Notes: generated by a model not told the origin, from the sequence alone. A stretch of DNA of 61,779 nucleotides, filler included, from Nitrospinota bacterium (GCA_030620925.1; 7 parts of 7 records of this genome joined end to end with filler, not necessarily neighbours in it), one strand, 5' to 3'; positions 31,875 through 42,517 are shown, counted from the whole stretch's first letter. Translations and numbers: made by a program.

Positions 31875-32447
31875 TTACTGAAGGTTTTTGCTGAGTTGGT
31901 CGCTCCCCAGCCGGATGGCTTCCTTGTTCAGGGAGATGAGCTTTTCGTGGCGGGAGCCTTTGAATTTCACGTCCAGAAACTCGTCTATGGCGTCTATTGA
32001 AACGACGTTGTTCAAAGCCAGGTAGGCCCCCAGCAGGATCATGTTAGCCACTTGAGGGGAGCCCAGCTCCATGGCGGAATCAGTTGCGGGAACGGAAAAT
32101 ATGCTTATGTCTTTCCTGGTTATATCTTTAGGGTCGATAACCGAGCTGTCTATTATAAGCCGGCCTCCCGGCCCGACCTTCTGCTGATAGATTTCATGGA
32201 AGAGGGAATCCATCAGGATGGCATCCTGAGGATGGTGCACGATGGGCGAGCTGATCTCTTCATCGGAGAGGATAACCACGCATTCGCTTTCACCGCCTCT
32301 CATGGATGCCCCGTAATTCGGGAACCATAGCACGTGGTTGTAATGCACCATGCCCGCCTCGGCAAGCATTTTCCCCGCGGTTAAGACGCCCTGTCCGCCT
32401 ACTCCACCTATTCCCAGTTGACACCCCTTTTTAACGGCCTGTTCCAT
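31875..32447 (-). CDS. 2-oxoacid:ferredoxin oxidoreductase gamma subunit
   Basis: GVGGQGV, YGASMRGG and NMILLGA. Confidence 0.92.
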   Translation of the reverse strand: MEQAVKKGCQLGIGGVGGQGVLTAGKMLAEAGMVHYNHVLWFPNYGASMRGGESECVVILSDEEISSPIVHHPQDAILMDSLFHEIYQQKVGPGGRLIIDSSVIDPKDITRKDISIFSVPATDSAMELGSPQVANMILLGAYLALNNVVSIDAIDEFLDVKFKGSRHEKLISLNKEAIRLGSDQLSKNLQ

Positions 32448-32498
32448 TTACAGCCTCCGAATTTATATGGACGCGCATCATGAATCCGCATCCGGTAT

Positions 32499-33272
32499 CT
32501 AAACGTCTATTTTGGGTTCCACGTTCTTGTACTCGCCCAGAGGATACTCGGCGATCATGTTCTCAGTGAGAAAGGCCAGCGCCTCCTTGGGGGGCAGACC
32601 CCAGTTGGAGGGGCAGGCGGAAAGCAGCTCCAGAATGCTCATCCCCGGTCCGTCCAACTGTTTCTGGAAGGCGGTCTTGAGCATCTTCTTGGCTTTGGCG
32701 TAATTGGCCGGGGTGTTGACGCAGCAACGGGCGGCGTAAACCACCCCCTTCATGGTGGCGGCCAGCTCCGCCACGTGTAGCGGATAGCCCGTCTTTTCCG
32801 CATCTCGGCCGTCCTGCGTGGTCGTGGTGCGCATGCCCAGCAGTGTGGTGGGCGCCATCTGCCCCCGGGTCTGACCGTAGCAGGCGTTATTGAGGAAAAT
32901 GGTGGTCCACCGCTCGCCGCGCATCATGGCGTTCATGAAGTGGCCCATTCCGATGGCCCCCAGGTCGCCATCCCCCTGCATGCAAAACATGAAGGCATCG
33001 GGATGCACCCGCCTTATACCCGTGGCCACCGCCGGCGCCCGGCCGTGAAGGGCGGCCACGAAGTCCACGTCCATGTACCACGGGGTCTGCACGTAGCAGC
33101 CTGCAGAAACCAGCCCTATGGTCTTATCCGTCAGTTTCATCTCCTCCAGCACGGAGGCGATGAGCCGGATTATTATTCCGTAGTTGCACCCCGGACAGAA
33201 GTGGAACTTGTTATCGTTTATCAGCTTCGGTTTTTCGTAAGCTAGGCTCTTTCCGGCTGTTTCCGAGTTCAT
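32499..33272 (-). CDS. 2-oxoacid:ferredoxin oxidoreductase beta (TPP-binding) subunit
   Basis: FCPGC, HGRAPAVATG and QGDGD...NN. The ATG at 33272 overlaps the alpha stop (ATGA). Confidence 0.92.
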   Translation of the reverse strand: MNSETAGKSLAYEKPKLINDNKFHFCPGCNYGIIIRLIASVLEEMKLTDKTIGLVSAGCYVQTPWYMDVDFVAALHGRAPAVATGIRRVHPDAFMFCMQGDGDLGAIGMGHFMNAMMRGERWTTIFLNNACYGQTRGQMAPTTLLGMRTTTTQDGRDAEKTGYPLHVAELAATMKGVVYAARCCVNTPANYAKAKKMLKTAFQKQLDGPGMSILELLSACPSNWGLPPKEALAFLTENMIAEYPLGEYKNVEPKIDV

Positions 33273-34345
33273 ATTATCTTCTTTACCTCCTGGTAAACGT
33301 TGTCCGGGGTCAGCACGCCGCTGGGGGTGGGCAGGTCTCTCGCCCATACCCCGATGAGGTCTACAGGGGCTTTGCCCTGAGCGGCGAACTCCACGTCTTC
33401 CACTAACTGACCCTGGCTGTCCTCAACGGTTATGAGCCTCACGTCGCCCTCCGCCAGCTCCCGCAACTGCTCTATGGGAAAGGGCCACAGGGATATGGGG
33501 CGGAACAGACCCGCCTTCACCCCGTCGGCCCTGAGCTGTTTCATAACCTCGTGGGATATCCTGGCCGAGGAGCCGTAGGCCACCATTATCAGATCGGCGT
33601 CCTCTGTCTGATAAGTCTGGTATCTCACCTCTTCCCGCTCGATGGTCTTATACTTTTTATCCTGATGCAGGTGGTATCCGGGGATGCCTCCCTCTATGTT
33701 GCCCACCGCGGGGACTATCGTGTTGTGCGTCCCCCCGTTATTGCCCTTACCCCGCACCGCCCAATCCTTGGAGGGCAGGGGATCGAATTCGAGTGTTTTG
33801 AGCTCCAGCCGCTCGGCCATCTCACCCAGGATGTAATCGGATACGACGTAGACTATTATCCTGTATTTGTCCGCCAGGTAGAAGGCCGTCTGCATGAATT
33901 CGAACACTTCCTGGACGGAGGCCGGCGCCAGGGATATGCACCTGTAGCCCCCGTTGCCTCCCCCCTTGGTGAGCAGCCGGTAGTCGGTCTGTCCCTGCTG
34001 GACGGTGCCCCATCCGGGCCCCATCCGCACCACGTCCACCACCACCGCGGGCAGCTCCGACGCTGAGATTCCGCCCAGACCTTCCCCCATCAGGGCGATG
34101 CCCGGGCTGGAGGTGGAGGTCATGCAGCGGGCCCCTGCTGCTGCGGCTCCGAAGACCATATTGATGGCCGCCGTTTCGCATTCGGCCTGGACGTAAGAAC
34201 CTCCCGCCTTGAACATCTCCCTGGACATGAACTCAGGGATGGCGTTCTGGGGGGTGATGGGATATCCGAAAAAATATTTACAGCCCGAGTAGAGGGCCCC
34301 GTGGCCCACTGCTTCGTTACCGGTTGAAAGAATGGTCTCCGCCAT
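33269..34345 (-). CDS. 2-oxoacid:ferredoxin oxidoreductase alpha subunit (VorB-like)
   Basis: GNEAV, GYPITPQ, MTSTSSPG and FRPISLWPFP. Confidence 0.92.
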   Translation of the reverse strand: MAETILSTGNEAVGHGALYSGCKYFFGYPITPQNAIPEFMSREMFKAGGSYVQAECETAAINMVFGAAAAGARCMTSTSSPGIALMGEGLGGISASELPAVVVDVVRMGPGWGTVQQGQTDYRLLTKGGGNGGYRCISLAPASVQEVFEFMQTAFYLADKYRIIVYVVSDYILGEMAERLELKTLEFDPLPSKDWAVRGKGNNGGTHNTIVPAVGNIEGGIPGYHLHQDKKYKTIEREEVRYQTYQTEDADLIMVAYGSSARISHEVMKQLRADGVKAGLFRPISLWPFPIEQLRELAEGDVRLITVEDSQGQLVEDVEFAAQGKAPVDLIGVWARDLPTPSGVLTPDNVYQEVKKII

Positions 34346-34408
34346 GATGTCTTATTTCCTCTGCAAACGTTGAACAGTCTAATCCCGATTGTGTCTGCAC
34401 GCTGAAAC

Positions 34409-34654
34409 TCAATCCTCAGACACCGGTGTCTTGTCCTTATCGAACCTGTAGACGACTATGGCGGCGTCGGGGCACATGAAACCGCAAGTGGTGCATCCGG
34501 TGCACTCCTCCGGTTTGGCGAAAACGGGCATGAGCAGCCCCCGGCTGTTATATTTCTCGGTGGACATTTCTATACATCCCTTGGGGCAGAATTCCACGCA
34601 GAGCTCACAACCCTTGCAGTATTCCTCATTTATGGTTATCTCGCCTTTAGCCAT
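34409..34654 (-). CDS. 2x[4Fe-4S] ferredoxin-like delta subunit
   Basis: CKGCELCVEFCP and CTGCTTCGFMCP. Confidence 0.92.
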   Translation of the reverse strand: MAKGEITINEEYCKGCELCVEFCPKGCIEMSTEKYNSRGLLMPVFAKPEECTGCTTCGFMCPDAAIVVYRFDKDKTPVSED

Positions 34655-34902
34655 CTGGATTAACTCCCCTTTACTCTTGTTTAGTTACTGAGGTTAACTG
34701 ACGTTCACTATAATAGACAATCCGTGCTTGTTTGTCCATATTTCTTAGGGCATACCCGATACATCTTGGCATAATTAGATGGATTGTGGTAGAAGAATTA
34801 GTTTTAGCGCGATAAACGGCATATATTTCGTGTAAAATGTTAATGCATAAGAAGGCTTCAAGCAAATAAAAAAGGCTGGAGGCAAACGACGGGTCAACCA
34901 AC

Positions 34903-35772
34903 ATGCAGGAGATGATTGTGGTAGAGAACCGTGAAGAGCTGACGCTGATGGCTGTCCACGCCCATCCTGATGACGAATCAATCGGTACGGGCGGTATACT
35001 GGCAAAATATTCCGCCCTTGGGATGAAGACCGTCGTCGTTTACGGCACAAGGGGGGAAGCCGGTGGGATACAGAACCCGGAATTCGTCCCCCCCTCTCCA
35101 GCGGCGAAGATAGAAGAGATCAGGGCCATGGAGTTGGAAAAGGCCCTGAAAGTTCTCCGGGTGGGATCGGCCCACTTTTTGGGATATCGCGATTCGGGCA
35201 TGGCGGGTACGCCGGAGAACCTCGACCCGCGTTCCTTCGTTCAGGCGGATATGGAAGAAGCGATAGTCAGGCTGGTTAAGATAATCCGCAGCACGCGCCC
35301 CCACGTCATAGTGACTTATAACGAGAAGGGAGTATACGGGCACCCCGACCACGTGATGGCCCACAGGGTAACCACGGCCGCTTTCCAGGTCTCAGGGGAC
35401 TCCGCCCGGTATCCAGGGGAAGGACTCGAACCCTGGCGACCGGCCAAACTCTATTATACAGCCATCCCCAGGTCGAGGCTGGTCAAGATGGAGGAGTTTC
35501 TGCGGGCCAACAATGAAGAGCCCGGTTTCGATCCCGACTACCTGGGGACTCCAGACGAAAAAATAACCACCACTATAGACGTGAAGGAATACCTTCCTCT
35601 CAAGATTGAAGCCCTCAACTGCCACCAGAGCCAGGTAGGCCCTAACAGCTTTTTCAGGCGTCTGCCGCCGGAGTTCAGGGAAGAGGCTTTCGGATACGAG
35701 CATTACATCTGCGCCAACGGCCGCGACGGAAGCGACCGTAAGGAGACGGACCTTTTCGAAGGACTGGTATAG
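34903..35772 (+). CDS. PIG-L family deacetylase (MshB/Mca-like)
   Basis: AHPDDE, TRGEAG, YRDSGM, YGHPDH and HQSQ. Confidence 0.88.
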   Translation: MQEMIVVENREELTLMAVHAHPDDESIGTGGILAKYSALGMKTVVVYGTRGEAGGIQNPEFVPPSPAAKIEEIRAMELEKALKVLRVGSAHFLGYRDSGMAGTPENLDPRSFVQADMEEAIVRLVKIIRSTRPHVIVTYNEKGVYGHPDHVMAHRVTTAAFQVSGDSARYPGEGLEPWRPAKLYYTAIPRSRLVKMEEFLRANNEEPGFDPDYLGTPDEKITTTIDVKEYLPLKIEALNCHQSQVGPNSFFRRLPPEFREEAFGYEHYICANGRDGSDRKETDLFEGLV

Positions 35773-35778
35773 TCGGGC

Positions 35779-36744
35779 TCAGACCTGGGGCAGGACAAAC
35801 CCCCTGGCGTGAGTCTCGCAGAAATGACCGTGCTCGATGACGTCCTTGTAGGCGGATGTGGCGGCCAGGACGCCTTGGGCGGCCGAGGTTATCACCTGTT
35901 TCAGGTCGCCGGAGGCGTTGGTTACGTCACCCGAAGCGAATACCCCGTCGACGTTGGTGCGCATCATGTTGTCTACTATTATGTAGTTTCGCTCGTCCAG
36001 CTCCACCCCCAGGCTCCTGGCCAGCTCGTCCCTCGGATCGGCGCCTATCTCGACGAACAGACCGTCAAGCTCCAGGCGGTCGTTCCCGTTATAAGGGTTA
36101 TCCAGCACCACTCCTTTGAGCTCGTTATCTCCCAGCAGCTCCTTCACCTGGGTTTTGTAAAGGATTTTTACTTTGGGGATTCGGGAGAGGCGCTCGAGGT
36201 TTATGGGTTCACTACTGAGTTGTTCGCCTCTGTATATAACGAATACTTCGCTCACATACTGGCTGAGCAGAATAGCGCCTTTCACCGCCGAATCGCCCCC
36301 GCCCACCATGCCCACTATTCCTTCTCCGAAGAGGGGGCCGTCGCAGGTGGCGCAGTAGGAGACGCCCCTTCCCCTCAGCTCATCTTCCCTGGGAATTCCC
36401 AATTTGCGGCGCTCCCGACCCACGGCCAGGATAAGGCTCTTGCCCCGGTGTTCTTCACCTCCGGCGGTTACAGTGAAGCAGTGGTTTTCCCTGGACACGC
36501 TCTCGGCCCTGGCGGTTACCATTTTCACGCCCAGTGCCCCCACCTGCTCGTGCATCCTGGTTATCAGATCGTAACCGTCGATTGATTTATAGCCCGGATA
36601 GTTCTCGATGGTGGCCGCAGTGGCAGTTTCGCCGCCCAGCTCTTCCATAATTATCAGGGTGGCCATGTTGTACCGTGCTGAATAGAGGCCTGCGCTGAGC
36701 GCCGAGGCCCCTCCGCCTATGATGATCACGTCGTAGGTATCCAA
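35779..36744 (-). CDS. trxB: Thioredoxin-disulfide reductase family protein
   Basis: IENYPG, GVSYCATCDG, GGGDSA and GVFASGD. Confidence 0.85.
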   Translation of the reverse strand: MDTYDVIIIGGGASALSAGLYSARYNMATLIIMEELGGETATAATIENYPGYKSIDGYDLITRMHEQVGALGVKMVTARAESVSRENHCFTVTAGGEEHRGKSLILAVGRERRKLGIPREDELRGRGVSYCATCDGPLFGEGIVGMVGGGDSAVKGAILLSQYVSEVFVIYRGEQLSSEPINLERLSRIPKVKILYKTQVKELLGDNELKGVVLDNPYNGNDRLELDGLFVEIGADPRDELARSLGVELDERNYIIVDNMMRTNVDGVFASGDVTNASGDLKQVITSAAQGVLAATSAYKDVIEHGHFCETHARGFVLPQV

Positions 36745-36770
36745 AATCTGTTTCTCCCATCATTAATGGT

Positions 36771-37595
36771 TCATATTTGTCCCGATTCCACGGAATTCAA
36801 GAAATCCATGACTTCCCGGTTGAAATCCGCGGGCCTTTCCATGTTGAGGATGTGCCCTGTCCGGGGAAGCACGACCAACCTGGAGCGGGGTATATGCTGA
36901 TGCATGAAATCCGCAGGCTCGATGCATGGCATGTCCTCATCCCCCACAATTACCAGGACAGGCACCTCCAGTTTCTTCAGCTTATCCTCCAGAGACATTA
37001 TCGGCGGCCTCTTCATCTGCACGCCGCGGATGGTGTTGGCCAGGCCAACGGCATTGTTCTCCATCAACGCCTTCCTCTTCGAATCCTTAAGGTCGGGCCG
37101 CAGTTCCACCAGCCGGGTGTAGGAAGGCCCGCTCATATGCATATCCGCGAACCGCTCAATTTCGCCTTTATCCAGGATGTCGGTATATATCTTGAATTGG
37201 TCTATGAAACCGTCCTCCTGGCTTGAGCCGGAGCCCGTGCATGCCGATATCACCGCCTCCACGCGGTGGGGATGATTTATCCCCATGTGAAGCGCCACGT
37301 TGCCCCCCATGGACAGTCCGCACAGGTAGGTCTTCTCGATCCCCAATGCGTCCAGAAGACCCAGCGTTTCCCCGACCAGTATTTCCTGTGAATATCCGGA
37401 TGGTTCCGCAGGGCTTTCAGACCTCCCGTGGCCCCGGCAGTCGTAGCGCACCACCCTGTATTTCTCCAGCAGGTCGGGCATCTGTTCGTCCCAGCTATTC
37501 AGGTTTGATGAAAAACCGTGGATGAACACTATGGGGTGCCCCTGGCCTTCATCTTCATAATAGATGTTCACTCCATCAATTTTTACCGTAGGCAT
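36771..37595 (-). CDS. Alpha/beta hydrolase
   Basis: HGF, DCRGHGRS, GLSMGG nucleophile elbow and GH. Confidence 0.9.
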   Translation of the reverse strand: MPTVKIDGVNIYYEDEGQGHPIVFIHGFSSNLNSWDEQMPDLLEKYRVVRYDCRGHGRSESPAEPSGYSQEILVGETLGLLDALGIEKTYLCGLSMGGNVALHMGINHPHRVEAVISACTGSGSSQEDGFIDQFKIYTDILDKGEIERFADMHMSGPSYTRLVELRPDLKDSKRKALMENNAVGLANTIRGVQMKRPPIMSLEDKLKKLEVPVLVIVGDEDMPCIEPADFMHQHIPRSRLVVLPRTGHILNMERPADFNREVMDFLNSVESGQI

Positions 37596-37714
37596 TATTA
37601 GTCCTCCCTTTGAGATTTGTATGCATCGGTTTCAAAATGAACTACAGAATATTAGTTATATACGGCATGATATTGCAAAGGGAAAATAGACCGGGCTTGA
37701 GGCCGATAAAAACG

Positions 37715-39184
37715 TCACCGGTTCTTAAAGATGTCCCGAAGTATCCTGCCGGGGTCTATGCGGGTCTTCTCCTTATCTCGCTTTTGGGCATCATCCTGCG
37801 GGGTGGTCCGGGTGGGCGGAGGTTTACTCGTGCCACCGAAGATTTCCCCAAGAATGTCCGCCAGGCCCGTTTTCGATCCCTTCATGAACTGATCCTGCAG
37901 TTTTCGTCCCCCGTATTCCAGCAGCTTTTTCTGAACGAACTCCGCGTTGACGCTCACCGTAGGCTTGCTGATGGTGCCTCTTAACGTCAGCGGGACGACC
38001 ATGCGCCCTTCCCGGTTCATGAAAAATGCCCCTACGCCGCTCCCTCCTATTTTTCTGCTCAGCGCTTCCCCCAGGGTCACCTGTACATCGTAGGCCAGCG
38101 ACTTATCGAGCCCGATATGTCCCGACGCCGAGAGGCCGTATTCGCCGAAGCTCAGGGTTACCGGGTCGGTGTTCACCCTGCCTTCGGCCAGGTTGAATTC
38201 CCCCTTGAGCAGGTCGAAAGGGGTGGATTCCCGGTTTGAGATATTCAGACCGGCGAAACCGGTGAGAAGGGAGAGGTTGTTCAACAGCGAGAAGTTGGTG
38301 AAGCTACCACTCTCTATTCTGACGTTCCCTTTCCCTTTTAGAGTCCTGGAGATGGATTCAAAGCCCATTCCCGCGCCGCTGATGTCCAACGAAGAGGAGA
38401 GCCTGCCCCGCATGATTTTCCCCAGCTTGCCCTGGCCTTGCAGGGCGCGTTTTACGTCCATGTTGTTCAGGTCGGCGATCACTCTGAACGCAGGCTCGCC
38501 ACTGCTCATATCCACCCTGGAAACGCCCTGAAAGCGGCCCCCGTATATGTTGAAGGAGACGGGGTCTGCGGTGAGGACGCCCTCGGACATTTTTATTTTT
38601 GCTTCCAGCTCGGTGATCTCGAGCTTCTTGTGCACCAATCGCCCGATGTTTACGCGGCCCTCTGCATTTATACCCATGAGAGCTTTGATGGGAGCGGAGC
38701 TTTTTTCGTCTCCTTCCCGCATCGTTGCGGCCCGTGATTTACCGTTTCCGGCCTTCCTGGGGGGCAGAAAATCTTCGGCCAGGAACAGGGGGGATTGGAA
38801 GGAAAAGATGATTTTCGGTTTGGAGAAATCCTCCACCTCGGCTTCCAACCGCATCGCCGTTTTCCCGTAGAAGAGGCTCATCTCCCGTATCCTGGCATTG
38901 CGGCCGGAGAGGAGAATCTTGCCGTTGAGATCGTGCAAGGTTTTTCCCGTATCGGGAAACTCCAGCCTCACCCCCGATAAGCTGATGTCACCGGTTGCCG
39001 ATAGCTCTCGAGGTTTCTGTGCTTCCCCGCTCACCCTGAGGTTCAGGGCGGCCCGGCCGCCCGGGTTGTAAGCTTTAGCGGCAGGAACCAGGCGGGATAG
39101 CTGGTCGAGCGGAAAGCCGTTGGTGGTCAATTTGAGGTCGACGCGCGGCTTTTCAAAGTCGGTTATACCCCCGGAAAGCTGAGC
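37715..39184 (-). CDS. AsmA family protein, C-terminal part (5' truncated)
   Basis: Repeating beta-strand pattern, NIYGG, G-I-LD-SL-Y and VPLTLRGTISKP. Confidence 0.75.
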   Translation of the reverse strand, partial: AQLSGGITDFEKPRVDLKLTTNGFPLDQLSRLVPAAKAYNPGGRAALNLRVSGEAQKPRELSATGDISLSGVRLEFPDTGKTLHDLNGKILLSGRNARIREMSLFYGKTAMRLEAEVEDFSKPKIIFSFQSPLFLAEDFLPPRKAGNGKSRAATMREGDEKSSAPIKALMGINAEGRVNIGRLVHKKLEITELEAKIKMSEGVLTADPVSFNIYGGRFQGVSRVDMSSGEPAFRVIADLNNMDVKRALQGQGKLGKIMRGRLSSSLDISGAGMGFESISRTLKGKGNVRIESGSFTNFSLLNNLSLLTGFAGLNISNRESTPFDLLKGEFNLAEGRVNTDPVTLSFGEYGLSASGHIGLDKSLAYDVQVTLGEALSRKIGGSGVGAFFMNREGRMVVPLTLRGTISKPTVSVNAEFVQKKLLEYGGRKLQDQFMKGSKTGLADILGEIFGGTSKPPPTRTTPQDDAQKRDKEKTRIDPGRILRDIFKNR

Positions 39185-39284
39185 NNNNNNNNNNNNNNNN
39201 NNNNNNNNNNNNNNNNNNNNNNNNNNNNTTAATTAATTAANNNNNNNNNNNNNNNNNNNNNNNNNNNNNNNNNNNNNNNNNNNN
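39185..39284. other. Artificial contig linker
   Basis: N44-TTAATTAATTAA-N44. Confidence 0.98.
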
Positions 39285-39893
39285 CTTGGCGATAAGGTCC
39301 ATTATCTGCGCCTGAATGGTTACGTCCAGAGCGGTGGTGGGCTCGTCGGCAATAAGTATCTTCGGGTTGCAGGCCAGGGCCATCGCTATCATGGCCCGCT
39401 GACGCATTCCACCGCTCAATTGATGCGGGTATTCTAAAACGCGCTGTTCGGGGTCGGAAATTTCCACCGTCCTGAGCAGTTCTATCGCTTTCTCCAAGGC
39501 GTCTTTCTTGTTAAGATTCTGATGCAGGATGAGGGACTCGGCTATCTGATTGCCCACGGTGAAGACGGGATTGAGGGCGGTCATCGGTTCCTGAAAGATC
39601 ATGGATATATCGTTGCCGCGAATTTTCCGCATGTCTTCCAATGAGAGTTTCAGCAGGTCTACACCCTGGAACAGTACCTCTCCGGAGACGATCTTCCCTG
39701 GAGGCTGGGGGATGAGGCGGAGAATGGAAAGGGCGGTGACCGTCTTCCCGCAGCCGCTTTCACCCACCAGACCCAGTGTCTCACCGGCGTCCAGCTCGAG
39801 GTCCACACCGTCCACCGCCCGGCTTACGCCCTCGGAAGCGTAGAAATAAGTCCTCAAATCTGTTATGCGCAGAAGTTTATCAGTCGTGTTCAT
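39285..39893 (-). CDS. Oligopeptide/dipeptide ABC transporter ATP-binding subunit (OppD/DppD-like, 3' truncated)
   Basis: [27 protein letters not shown] and DEPTTALDV. Confidence 0.93.
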
Positions 39894-40107
39894 CGAGCAG
39901 TTCTAACCCTACTTCTATCTGCAATTCGGCCAATATTTCTTTTACCTCTTTCAGGAAAGATGGGGAAACGGCTATGCGGATAAGTCCTTTTTCGGGGTCG
40001 ATGGTGGTTACTGTGGCCAATCCCTCGTATCCTTCCATGGTGTGGCTCACGTAGGCGATGTCTTTCCTCTGCACGCGGGCATTTAAAAATAGGGTTTCCA
40101 TTCTCAT
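39880..40107 (-). CDS. DUF4911-like small protein
   Basis: DIAYV...[13 protein letters not shown] pattern. It overlaps the oppD start; its own start is 40107 or 40101. Confidence 0.65.
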   Translation of the reverse strand: MRMETLFLNARVQRKDIAYVSHTMEGYEGLATVTTIDPEKGLIRIAVSPSFLKEVKEILAELQIEVGLELLDEHD

Positions 40108-40250
40108 TGTGTAAGCGGATAAGAACAAAGTTTTTTCTTGCACCGATGACCGGTTGGTCTGAATTGATTTTTTAATATAACATAAGGCGATAATAGAGTA
40201 AACCACTCTCGATAAAATAGTGGCAGGTCGGCGCTTGAAAAAAATTAAAG

Positions 40251-40279
40251 TTGACACCAACTTAAACGTTTAATAGATT
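40251..40279 (+). promoter_or_regulatory. Sigma70-type promoter of the rhomboid gene
   Basis: TTGACA-17 bp-TAGATT, then an AGGAGG SD. Confidence 0.6.
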
Positions 40280-40310
40280 TCTATAAAATATAAAAGGAGG
40301 TATTTTCGTT

Positions 40311-41117
40311 TTGTCACGTTATTACATGCGTTCCTCGGAATACGGCACTGGATGTTCTCCTACCCCTATAGTCAAGAGGCTGCTGATAATCAACATCGTC
40401 GTATTCTTGGTCGCATCGGCCTTTCCTCGCTCGGTTTTATATCTTGGACTCCTACCTTTCGCCGTCACCCACGGGCACTGGTACTGGCAGTTCCTCACCT
40501 ATATGTTTATGCACGGCGGATTCATGCATATTCTCTTTAATATGTATGCGCTGTTACTGTTCGGAAGCCAGGTGGAGGGGGCGCTGGGCAGCAGGTCGTT
40601 CCTGCGCTTCTACCTGGTCACGGGAATAGGGGCTGGCATTATAACCTATCTTTTCGACATCGATGCCAGGATACCTACAGTGGGCGCATCCGGTGCGATT
40701 TTCGGAATACTGGTCGCCTATGGCATGATGTTCCCCAACAGGATCATTCTGGCCTTTTTCATAATCCCCATGAAGGCATGGCAGTTCGTCCTTTTCTTCG
40801 GTTTCATTGAACTCATGGCATCTATCTCCTCCGGCGGGACGGGCGGCGGCATCGCCCACAACGCGCACCTGGGCGGCCTGGGCATCGGGTTTCTCTACAT
40901 ACGCTACGGCGAGAGGGTGAAATACTACTGGCGGGGCATAAGAAGGGGCTGGCAGGATTCACAGCGGCACCACGAGGCTCAGCGGGAAACGGAATCCCAG
41001 GATTATATACGCCGAGAGATAGACCCCATTCTGGATAAAATCTCGAAGTCCGGCATTCACAGCCTCACCCGCAAAGAAAAAAAGAAGCTCAAAGATGCCA
41101 GAGACCGCCTCCGCTGA
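40311..41117 (+). CDS. Rhomboid family intramembrane serine protease
   Basis: WQFLTYMFMH, HILFNM, GASG and AHLGG, plus a C-terminal ILDKI..SG..SLT domain. Confidence 0.93.
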   Translation: MSRYYMRSSEYGTGCSPTPIVKRLLIINIVVFLVASAFPRSVLYLGLLPFAVTHGHWYWQFLTYMFMHGGFMHILFNMYALLLFGSQVEGALGSRSFLRFYLVTGIGAGIITYLFDIDARIPTVGASGAIFGILVAYGMMFPNRIILAFFIIPMKAWQFVLFFGFIELMASISSGGTGGGIAHNAHLGGLGIGFLYIRYGERVKYYWRGIRRGWQDSQRHHEAQRETESQDYIRREIDPILDKISKSGIHSLTRKEKKKLKDARDRLR

Positions 41118-41318
41118 TTTTTTGTAGTTTTGAAACAACCCTTCCTGTTGGGTAGCTGCATCGATATCCCCGGTACCCATTTCCGCAGTACAGAAAAATC
41201 TCCCTCCGGGCAATCCCTTGTTGATTAGAGGACATTTCTGAAGTAAACTCCCTCCGTATCAGCGGTCTGAAAACTGCTATTCTCAAATCCAAGGATCAGT
41301 ATATTCAAGGGGGAAAAA

Positions 41319-42497
41319 ATGGACTTTCATCTCACCGAAGAACAGAAAAGGCTTAAAAAGACGGTGCGAGACCTGGCTGAGAGCGAGTTCAGAGACAAAG
41401 CGCACATCTGGGACCAGAACGATGAGTTCCCCCGTGAAAACGTCATGAAGCTCGCCGAAATGGGGCTGTTGGGGATCACCATACCCAAGGAATACGGCGG
41501 GGGAGGGGGGACCATATTCGATGTGGTGCTGACCATCGAGGAGCTGGCTCGCGTCTGCCGGGCGACGTCCACCATTCTGGTCACCCAGGTAGGAGACGCC
41601 GAAGCCATCAAGGAACACGGAAGCGATAACCTCAAAGAGAAATACCTGCCGGGCATGGCCAAAGGCGAGATTCTCTCCTGCATCACCATCTCCGAGCCGC
41701 AGGCAGGCTCAGACGTTACCGCCATGTCCACCACCGCCGAGCTGGACGGCGATTCCTACGTCCTTAACGGCATCAAACACTTCATCACCAACGGCGACGT
41801 GGCGGACCTCTACATGGTCTTCGTGCGCTACGGGAAGGAGTCCAGCGGCGCACACGGCATAGGCTCCATCCTGGTGGACGGCGGCACGCCGGGCCTCATC
41901 GTGGGCAAGAACGATATCATGATGGGAATCAGGGGCGCCGGCCACCCGGAGATAATCTTCGAGAACTGCCGTGTACCCAAGGAGAATGTTCTGGTGCAGG
42001 GTGATCCGTCAAACAACGAGGGGTTCAAAAAAATATTGGCCTCCTTCAATTCCGAGCGTTGTTTCAACTCCGCCAACTGCCTGGGCATCGCCCAGGGCGC
42101 ATTCGACGAAGCCCTGAAATACTCCCAGGAGCGGGAGACCTTCGGCAAGAAGGTATCCGATTACCAGGGCATACAGTGGATGCTGGCGGATATGGCCATT
42201 AAGCTGGAAGCATCGAGATGGCTCCTCTATCGCGCCGCCGTCAACGGCTCAGAAGGGCATCCCGAGCTGCTGGAGGTCTCCATCGCCAAGACTTTCGCCA
42301 ACGATATGTCCCTCGAGGTATGCAACGCCGCCATGCAGATTCACGGCGGCTACGGCTACTGCGTCGAGTTTCCACTTGAAAGAGCATGGAGAGACGCCAG
42401 GGCATATTCCTTCGGTGCGGGCACGCCGCAGATACAGCGCAACATGATCGCCCAGCAGCTACTCAGGGGAAAGCTGGATGTTATAAGAAACAGATAA
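41319..42497 (+). CDS. Acyl-CoA dehydrogenase
   Basis: SEPQAGSD, NGIKHFITNG and MQIHGGYGY. Confidence 0.95.
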   Translation: MDFHLTEEQKRLKKTVRDLAESEFRDKAHIWDQNDEFPRENVMKLAEMGLLGITIPKEYGGGGGTIFDVVLTIEELARVCRATSTILVTQVGDAEAIKEHGSDNLKEKYLPGMAKGEILSCITISEPQAGSDVTAMSTTAELDGDSYVLNGIKHFITNGDVADLYMVFVRYGKESSGAHGIGSILVDGGTPGLIVGKNDIMMGIRGAGHPEIIFENCRVPKENVLVQGDPSNNEGFKKILASFNSERCFNSANCLGIAQGAFDEALKYSQERETFGKKVSDYQGIQWMLADMAIKLEASRWLLYRAAVNGSEGHPELLEVSIAKTFANDMSLEVCNAAMQIHGGYGYCVEFPLERAWRDARAYSFGAGTPQIQRNMIAQQLLRGKLDVIRNR

Positions 42498-42517
42498 ATC
42501 GCTACAACTCACCTGTT

